In this document: positions 58,082 through 64,000 of the stretch, piece after piece | How the letters are laid out: each line of letters begins with the position of its first letter | Position numbering within the stretch: position 1 is the first letter of the stretch | Assembly: GCA_029978325.1 (NCBI GenBank) | Contig: JAPOJR010000001.1 | Span: forward strand, 1,773-65,772 | From: Alphaproteobacteria bacterium | GTDB lineage: Bacteria > Pseudomonadota > Alphaproteobacteria > Bin95 | Direction of reading: 5' to 3' | Length of the DNA stretch: 64,000 nucleotides | Notes under the pieces: generated by a model | Told to the model about the DNA's origin: nothing | The model's database searches: none | What the model saw: the letters and a program-made list of their open reading frames with translations, nothing else | Translations under genes and position numbers: made by a program

Positions 58082-58602
58082 GACGGACGCTGGCGGCAGA
58101 GGCCGGCGGGCCGGATCGTCTGGTCGGCCCTGCGCTGGGCATCTGCCTGCCGCTGCTGGTGGCGGGGCTGCTGCTGCCCAGTCTGCACTTCCAGAACCTC
58201 TGGGTGCTGAACCAGGAGTATTCGCTCTGGTCTGCCGCCTGGACGTTCTGGGAGAAGCAGCACTACAGCCTGTTCGCGCTGCTGTTCGGCTTTACGGTCG
58301 TGCTGCCGATTGCCAAGGTTCTGGCCGGCCTCTGGGCCTTTTATCTGGCCGATGTGCAAAGCCTGCCGGCGCGGCGCTGGCTGCACTGGCTGGCTGCGAT
58401 CTCGAAATGGTCGATGCTGGATGTGTTTGTGGTCGCTATCGTGATCCTGGCGCTGGAAGGCTCACTGCTGACCGCGGCCGACCTGGGGCTCGGCGTGGCT
58501 TTGTTTGCGGCCGCGGTCGTGCTATCCGGTTGGGCCTATGGCCGGCTGGCGAAGCTTGCTCTCAAGGTGTCCGAGGAACAGGAAAGACAAACCCATGCAT
58601 GA
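58078..58602 (+). CDS. PqiA-like integral membrane protein
   Basis: 174 aa; 4 TM helices; MLDVFVVAIV-type motif reminiscent of the paraquat-inducible protein A family. GTG start overlaps the LLM stop (GTGA); its stop overlaps the next gene's start. Confidence 0.5.
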   Translation: MRRTLAAEAGGPDRLVGPALGICLPLLVAGLLLPSLHFQNLWVLNQEYSLWSAAWTFWEKQHYSLFALLFGFTVVLPIAKVLAGLWAFYLADVQSLPARRWLHWLAAISKWSMLDVFVVAIVILALEGSLLTAADLGLGVALFAAAVVLSGWAYGRLAKLALKVSEEQERQTHA

Positions 58603-59740
58603 TTTGGTCCTGAAAGGCGGTCGCGTCATCGACCCTGCCCAAAAGATCGACCGCGTAACCGATGTGGCCTTCGCCGACGGCAAGGTCGCCGCCATAGGCG
58701 ATGACCTGCAGGGCCGCGACACGCGCGACTGCTCCGGCAAGCTGGTGACGCCGGGCCTGATCGACCTGCACACCCATGTTTATGCCGGCCATACCTCCAT
58801 CGGTATCGAGCCGGACCCCTACGCGCTGGCCACGGCCTGCACGACGCTGGTTGATGCGGGCACCGCCGGGCCAGCGAACTTTGATGGCTACCGCCGCCAT
58901 ATCGTCGAGCCGGCGGACGTGAACATTGTCAGCTATATCAATGTCTCGTTCGCGGGCATTTTCGCGTTCTCGAAGACGGTGATGGTCGGCGAGAGCGATG
59001 ATTTCCGGCTGCTGCACTCCGAATCCTGCCTAGAGGCGATCAACCGCCATCGCGACATGATCTGCGGCGTCAAGGTGCGGATCGGCATGACGGCGAGCGG
59101 CGGCAAGGGCGCGGCGCCACTCGACATCGCGCTGGAGGTGGCGGACGCCGCCGGCTTGCCGGTCATGTGTCACCTGGACTACCCGCCGCCGTCCCGCAAG
59201 GAAACGTTGGGCCGGCTGCGCAAAGGCGACGTGCTGACCCACTGCTTCCGTCCCTTCCCCGGCGCGCCCTCGCACTATGATGGCCGGGTGCGCGAGGAGG
59301 TGCTGGAGGCGCGGGAGCGCGGCGTGATCTTCGACGTCGGCCATGGCGGCGGCTCGTTTGGCTGGAAGACGGCGGAAGACATGCTGAGCAACAACTTCAA
59401 GCCGGACTGCATCTCGTCCGACGTGCACTCGCTCAGCATCGAGGGGCCGGCCTTCGACCAGCTTGTGACCATGAGCAAGTTCCTGAAGCTCGGCATGACC
59501 CTGGAAGAGGTCATCCGCGCCTCGACCGAAGGGCCGGCCAACGCCATCAGCCGCCCGGAACTGGGCTCGCTCGCCATCGGCACCCAGGGCGACGCCTCAG
59601 TGCTGAGCCTGGAAGAGGGCGACTTCATCCTGCGCGACGTCAAGGGGCTGGAGCGTCAGGCCGGCCAGCACTTCCGCGCCCACGGCATGGTGATGCGCGG
59701 CGGCTGGCGCGATGCGCTGCCGCCGATTGGCAACGCTTAA
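58595..59740 (+). CDS. Amidohydrolase-superfamily metal-dependent hydrolase
   Basis: 381 aa from ATG 58595. N-terminal composite-domain signature (LKGGRVIDP..DVAFADGKVAAIG); metal-ligand pattern DLHTHV..; HGGGSF. Confidence 0.8.
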   Translation: MHDLVLKGGRVIDPAQKIDRVTDVAFADGKVAAIGDDLQGRDTRDCSGKLVTPGLIDLHTHVYAGHTSIGIEPDPYALATACTTLVDAGTAGPANFDGYRRHIVEPADVNIVSYINVSFAGIFAFSKTVMVGESDDFRLLHSESCLEAINRHRDMICGVKVRIGMTASGGKGAAPLDIALEVADAAGLPVMCHLDYPPPSRKETLGRLRKGDVLTHCFRPFPGAPSHYDGRVREEVLEARERGVIFDVGHGGGSFGWKTAEDMLSNNFKPDCISSDVHSLSIEGPAFDQLVTMSKFLKLGMTLEEVIRASTEGPANAISRPELGSLAIGTQGDASVLSLEEGDFILRDVKGLERQAGQHFRAHGMVMRGGWRDALPPIGNA

Positions 59741-60492
59741 AGCGGCGGCAGGCCCACCCGCTCGCGCAGGCTGGCGTCCTGAATCGCCAGTTCTGCGCCG
59801 GCCAGGTCTGCCGCAGCGCCGGAGCAGAGATAGGCGATACAGGCTGCCGGCGCTGCAACCCCGCCCAGATTCTCCCGCGGGATCTTGCTGATCTGGTTAA
59901 TGCCGCTTGCACGGATCTTGACCTGCATGTCGGTATCGACGGTGCCAGGGGCAAAGCCGTAGTTGCGGATGCCCTGGCCGCCGGTCTCCAAATGCAGCGC
60001 GCGGGTAAACATCGCCATTCCCGCTTTCGCAGAGCAATAGGCGCTCCATCCCTCCAACGGCCGATGCGCAGCACCGCTGGACACGTTGACGATTACCCCC
60101 GCGCCGGCCGCGATCATATCGGGCAGCGCATAGCGGGCGACGTGATACGCGCCGGTCAGGTTGATCTGGATGTTATGGGCCCAGGCGGCAGGATCGCTTT
60201 CCGCCAACGGGCCAATCGGATCGATCACGCCGGCGTTGTTGATGAGCAGCGACAGCTTGCCGAAACGCTCCTTGACGGTCTTCACCGCCGCTTCCACCTG
60301 CTTGGCATCGGCAACATCGCAGGTAATACCCAGAACGTCGCCACCAAGCCCGGCCATTGCTTTGCCGACCCCGGTGCGGGCGGTTATCGCCACCTTGGCG
60401 CCCGCGGCGATCAACGCCTCCGCCGCCGCTAAGCCAATGCCGCGCGAGCCGCCGGTCACCAGGGCGACTTGCCCGGAAAGATCAACTGCCAT
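59737..60492 (-). CDS. SDR-family oxidoreductase
   Basis: 251 aa; TGGSRGIG and NNAG motifs. Confidence 0.85.
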   Translation of the reverse strand: MAVDLSGQVALVTGGSRGIGLAAAEALIAAGAKVAITARTGVGKAMAGLGGDVLGITCDVADAKQVEAAVKTVKERFGKLSLLINNAGVIDPIGPLAESDPAAWAHNIQINLTGAYHVARYALPDMIAAGAGVIVNVSSGAAHRPLEGWSAYCSAKAGMAMFTRALHLETGGQGIRNYGFAPGTVDTDMQVKIRASGINQISKIPRENLGGVAAPAACIAYLCSGAAADLAGAELAIQDASLRERVGLPPL

Positions 60493-60518
60493 ACCTCAGA
60501 TATCCTTGAAATGCCGTG

Positions 60519-61112
60519 TTAGTAGTTCGTCGGCCGGAATTGGAAGACTTCGGAATCGATCGGAATCCCCAATTTTTGATCCTGCAGGCGCACCTGGATC
60601 GACCGCCCGGATGCATCCACCAGCCGCCAGCCCAGCAGCTTAATCGGTGCGTGGTCAAATACCAAGGTTACCGCCCCCTGGTCGGGAGCGCTGCGGCGGG
60701 TTGCAGACACTTCGATGATCGGGCCGATGCGCTTCACGTCGGTCACGGTGAAATCGTCATCCCAGGTGACCTTGTCCGCCAGCAGGAACCAAGCTGGCGT
60801 ATCCTTCTGACTCAGATAGTTCGCCTCTCGCAATTCTTTGTCGTAGTGCACCAGAAAGTCGGAACGGGCGATCACCAGGATCGGCACCGGGGGATCGTAT
60901 TCAAACCGCAGACGTCCGGGCCGATGCAGCCAGAACGTACCCCGGGCCAGGCCTCCGTTCCCGTCCGTCTGAACAAAACGCGTCTGCATCGTCACGACGC
61001 CGTTCAAGTAGACCCGCAACCTCTCGACTTCATTGCGTTCTTGATCCGTCAACCCATGGGCGGTTCCGGACAACAGGAAAAAACCAAGGAACAACGTCGC
61101 AAGCCGCACCAT
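60519..61112 (-). CDS. lolA: Outer-membrane lipoprotein carrier protein LolA
   Basis: Signal peptide from ATG 61112 (MVRLATLFLGFF..). LolA beta-barrel sequence; conserved position downstream of ftsK. Confidence 0.8.
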   Translation of the reverse strand: MVRLATLFLGFFLLSGTAHGLTDQERNEVERLRVYLNGVVTMQTRFVQTDGNGGLARGTFWLHRPGRLRFEYDPPVPILVIARSDFLVHYDKELREANYLSQKDTPAWFLLADKVTWDDDFTVTDVKRIGPIIEVSATRRSAPDQGAVTLVFDHAPIKLLGWRLVDASGRSIQVRLQDQKLGIPIDSEVFQFRPTNY

Positions 61113-61155
61113 AGGCTGGCCTTTCGATTGCGGAATAAGGGCCCTCAGATAGGCA

Positions 61156-63582
61156 TCAATCGTCGTAGTCGCCAGTGTTGGATGTAACCAACACCTCGCG
61201 TTTGCCCACATGGTTGGCCGAACTGATCAGCCGCTCCGCCTCCATCCGGTCGATCAGCGAGGCGGCGCGGTTGTAGCCGATCTTCAGGTGCCGTTGCAGG
61301 AAGCTGGTCGAAGCCTTGCGTTCGCGCAGCACGATGCTGACGGCCTGATCATACAGATCATCGCTGCTTTCGCCCGAAAAGCCGGGGATGCCGGCAGCGA
61401 TGTCGTCGTCTTCCGTGACACTGTCGACATAGTCAGGCTCGCCCGTATTGCGCAGGTATTCGGTGATCTCCTGCACCTCTTCGTCCGAGACAAAGGGGCC
61501 ATGTACCCTGCTGATGCGGCCGCCGCCGGCCATGTAAAGCATGTCGCCCTGGCCCAACAATTGTTCCGCCCCGCCCTCGCTGAGAATTGTGCGGCTATCG
61601 ACCTTGCTGGTAACCTGAAACGAAATGCGGGTGGGGAAATTGGCTTTGATCGTACCGGTGATCACGTCGACGGACGGCCGTTGCGTCGCCATGATCAGGT
61701 GAATGCCGGCGGCGCGCGCCATTTGCGCCAGCCGCTGGATCGCGGCCTCAATGTCCTTGCCGGCGACCAGCATCAGGTCGGCCATTTCATCGACGACGAT
61801 AACGATATAGGGCAAGGGGCGCATATCCAGCGCCTGCTCTTCGATAACCGGCTGGCCCGTGCTGGGGTCAAACCCGGTCTGGACGCGCCGGGACATCGGG
61901 TCGCCGCGCTTGATAGCCTCCGCCACCCGCTCGTTATAGCCACGGATATTCCGAACACCCAGGGTCGACATTGCCCGGTAGCGGTTTTCCATCTCGCGCA
62001 CCGCCCATTTCAACGCCACGACCGCTTTCCGCGGATCGGTCACGACCGGCGTCAGCAGATGCGGGATGTCGTCATAGACACTGAGCTCCAGCATCTTGGG
62101 ATCGACCATGATGAACCGGCAGCGCTCCGGCGGCAGCGCATAGATCAGCGACAGGATCATGACGTTGATCGCCACCGACTTGCCCGAGCCGGTGGTGCCG
62201 GCAATCAGCAGGTGGGGCATCCGCTCCAGATTGACGACAATCGGTTGGCCGCCAATGTCCTTGCCCAACACCAGCGGCAGGCCGTTCTGTTCCTTGTCAT
62301 AGGCCTTGGAGCCCAGCAAGTCGCGCAGATAGACGATCTCGCGCTTGCCATTCGGAAGCTCGATGCCGATGGCATTCTTGCCGCGGATCGTCGCGATGCG
62401 CACTGAAACAGCGCTCATGTTGCGGGCGATGTCATCTGCCAGGCCGATAACCCGGCTGGCCTTAGTCCCTGGCGCGGGTTGGAATTCGTAGAGCGTAACC
62501 ACAGGACCCGGGCGCACGGTGACGATCTCGCCGCGAACGCCGAAATCCTCCAACACACTTTCCAGCATGCGCGCGTTTTCGGTCAGCGCATCCGCATCGA
62601 CGGCGTCGCCGATCGCGGGCCCGGCGGCTTGCAGCAGTTCCAACGGCGGCATTGGCGACGTGTCACCCAACGGCAGGACCGGCTGGGTGATTGCCTCCGT
62701 CCGGCTGCCGGTCGCAGGGTTAGCGCGGTTGCGAACGTCTATGCCCACCTTGGCAGCAGGCGGGCGAACCTCATGACCAGGAGCCGGAGAGGCAGGCATC
62801 GGCTCCAATGGCAGTTGCACTGAGCGTGGCGTCGCTGCAGTTGGTGGCGCCCAGGGGGTGCTGGGATACTGTTGCGGCGGCGGTGGCGGCTCGTCCGGCT
62901 TACGGCGGAGGTTCCATCGTGGCCAACGGAGTCGCTTTGGCCGCGGCAAACGATTGAAGCCAAGAAAAAGCCAGCGCCCGCCAATCCAGCCCGCGCCAGC
63001 CGCCGCCCGACGCAACAACCGCATCGCCAACGATAACTCGGCAATATCGAGGGCCAACACCCAGATCACCAAAAGTGCAGCCACACCCACTGTGACGCTG
63101 TATGTCAGGCTGGCCCCGAAGCCGACCATCTCCAGCAACACAATCAGATGCCCAAGCGTCACCGCACCGACTGCGCCGCCGGCGCCTTCCGGCACCAGGA
63201 ATGGCCCGGACCAAGCCGTGCCGCCCAAGCTCATCGCCAGCAACAACCATGCCACCGGAGCAGCAGCAAGCCGCACCCGCCAGTGCTGCAAGCGGCGGGC
63301 GACGACGAGACGCCAGCCCCAAGCCAACAGCAGCAAAGGGATAAAAACCGCCGCCCATCCCGACGTCCTGAACACCAGATCGGCAAACATCGCGCCAGTC
63401 CAACCCAGCACGTTTTGGACCGCACCACCGGTAGCGAAATTCAGGCTGGGATCGCCAGGCGCAAAACTGGCGAGCGCCAGTCCTGCCGCAAGGGCACCAG
63501 CCCACAATCCCAAGCCAACGATTTCTGCTAGCCGCCGAATCATCTGGGCTACGAATTGCGGCGACGCCAGGCGCGGGCGCAT
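61156..63582 (-). CDS. ftsK: DNA translocase FtsK
   Basis: N-terminal TM segment, Pro-rich linker, motor domain ([15 protein letters not shown]..) and C-terminal gamma domain. Start placed at ATG 63582 because the ORF-track start at 63711 lies inside the neighbouring gene's terminator. Confidence 0.85.
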   Translation of the reverse strand: MRPRLASPQFVAQMIRRLAEIVGLGLWAGALAAGLALASFAPGDPSLNFATGGAVQNVLGWTGAMFADLVFRTSGWAAVFIPLLLLAWGWRLVVARRLQHWRVRLAAAPVAWLLLAMSLGGTAWSGPFLVPEGAGGAVGAVTLGHLIVLLEMVGFGASLTYSVTVGVAALLVIWVLALDIAELSLAMRLLRRAAAGAGWIGGRWLFLGFNRLPRPKRLRWPRWNLRRKPDEPPPPPQQYPSTPWAPPTAATPRSVQLPLEPMPASPAPGHEVRPPAAKVGIDVRNRANPATGSRTEAITQPVLPLGDTSPMPPLELLQAAGPAIGDAVDADALTENARMLESVLEDFGVRGEIVTVRPGPVVTLYEFQPAPGTKASRVIGLADDIARNMSAVSVRIATIRGKNAIGIELPNGKREIVYLRDLLGSKAYDKEQNGLPLVLGKDIGGQPIVVNLERMPHLLIAGTTGSGKSVAINVMILSLIYALPPERCRFIMVDPKMLELSVYDDIPHLLTPVVTDPRKAVVALKWAVREMENRYRAMSTLGVRNIRGYNERVAEAIKRGDPMSRRVQTGFDPSTGQPVIEEQALDMRPLPYIVIVVDEMADLMLVAGKDIEAAIQRLAQMARAAGIHLIMATQRPSVDVITGTIKANFPTRISFQVTSKVDSRTILSEGGAEQLLGQGDMLYMAGGGRISRVHGPFVSDEEVQEITEYLRNTGEPDYVDSVTEDDDIAAGIPGFSGESSDDLYDQAVSIVLRERKASTSFLQRHLKIGYNRAASLIDRMEAERLISSANHVGKREVLVTSNTGDYDD

Positions 63583-63683
63583 GTCGTACTGGGTGGTCAG
63601 ATGCCTATCCCCTTGGGTTGCAAGTTGTTTCAAGCAACGCGGACAACCAATTCGGCGATCCGGCGCACATGCCGAAGTATACC

Positions 63684-63720
63684 AAAAAAAGGGGCGGCAT
63701 GCACGAAGCACGCCGCCCAG
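63684..63720 (-). terminator. Rho-independent terminator of the ammonium-transporter gene, read on the minus strand
   Basis: Minus-strand read: gggcggcgtgc-ttcg-tgcatgccgccc stem followed by TTTTTTT (plus-strand A-run 63684-63690). Confidence 0.6.
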
Positions 63721-63744
63721 TTCGCCCAGGGAAAAGGTTAACGG

Positions 63745-64000
63745 TTACATCACCTGCGCCCGCGGTCCGAACTCAGGGTAGGCTTCCATACCCAACTCGG
63801 CTTGGTCGAGGCCGCGGAATTCGTCCTCCGGATCGACACGTAGTCCCATCGTATATTTCAGCGCCAGCCAGACGACCGCGCTGACCAGCGAGACAAACAC
63901 GCCGGTTGCAACAATTCCGACAATCTGCGTCACCAGGCTGCCACTGCCGAAGATGCCGACGGCTAGCGTGCCCCAGATCCCGCAGACGAGGTGGGCCGAG
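63745..64000 (-). CDS. Ammonium transporter (Amt family), C-terminal portion only; the gene continues beyond the window
   Basis: C-terminal TM helix plus a cytoplasmic tail (LRVDPEDEFRGLDQAELGMEAY) typical of Amt proteins. The reading frame stays open to the window edge. Confidence 0.7.
   Translation of the reverse strand, partial: SAHLVCGIWGTLAVGIFGSGSLVTQIVGIVATGVFVSLVSAVVWLALKYTMGLRVDPEDEFRGLDQAELGMEAYPEFGPRAQVM

Noticed and set aside
61210-62406. 398-aa plus-strand ORF antisense to ftsK
   Set aside because: Shadow ORF opposite the FtsK motor domain.
1-64000. Searched for CRISPR arrays, IS elements or transposases, integrases and tRNA genes
   Set aside because: No regularly spaced short direct repeats were found outside the GAF gene. 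No transposase or integrase-like ORFs were found. No intergenic region is large or structured enough for a tRNA, the longest being ~170 bp at 8316-8483 with no cloverleaf features.

Overview
This window is a high-GC (~65%) chromosomal segment that looks alphaproteobacterial, is almost entirely coding, and carries no obvious mobile elements, CRISPR arrays or tRNAs.

Housekeeping blocks that I recognise with confidence:
- gatC-gatA-(gap)-gatB on the minus strand, divergent from ruvX.
- pyrB followed by a dihydroorotase-like gene, then plsY.
- dprA-topA-rnr.
- A stand-alone rpmG (ribosomal protein L33) with its own promoter and terminator.
- sdhC-sdhD-sdhA-sdhB on the minus strand.
- ftsK-lolA, and the C-terminal end of an ammonium transporter at the right edge.

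A flagellar export/rod cluster is present: fliI on the minus strand, divergent from flgB-flgC-fliE-fliQ-(SLT transglycosylase)-flhA-fliR-flhB-(small coiled-coil ORF).

The most unusual items:
1. A 1319-aa signalling protein with seven tandem GAF domains and a C-terminal class III nucleotide cyclase domain. Its gene contains six near-identical ~528-bp direct DNA repeats.
2. A gene cluster at about 52.1-60.5 kb that I cannot place in a known pathway. It comprises a degenerate alpha/beta-hydrolase-like region fused to a methyltransferase, an unknown 422-aa protein, a DHDPS-family lyase, a TauD/TfdA dioxygenase, an LLM flavin monooxygenase, a PqiA-like membrane protein, an amidohydrolase and an SDR.
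3. A dihydroorotase-like gene overlapping pyrB whose zinc-binding HxH motif is replaced, suggesting a non-catalytic PyrC'.
4. A 429-461-aa membrane/coiled-coil protein of unknown function upstream of sdhCDAB.
5. Two ABC permease genes with no binding-protein or ATPase partner nearby.

All calls are from reading the sequence and the supplied ORF track; no database search was run. Hand-counted coordinates for features outside the ORF track may be off by 1-2 nt.
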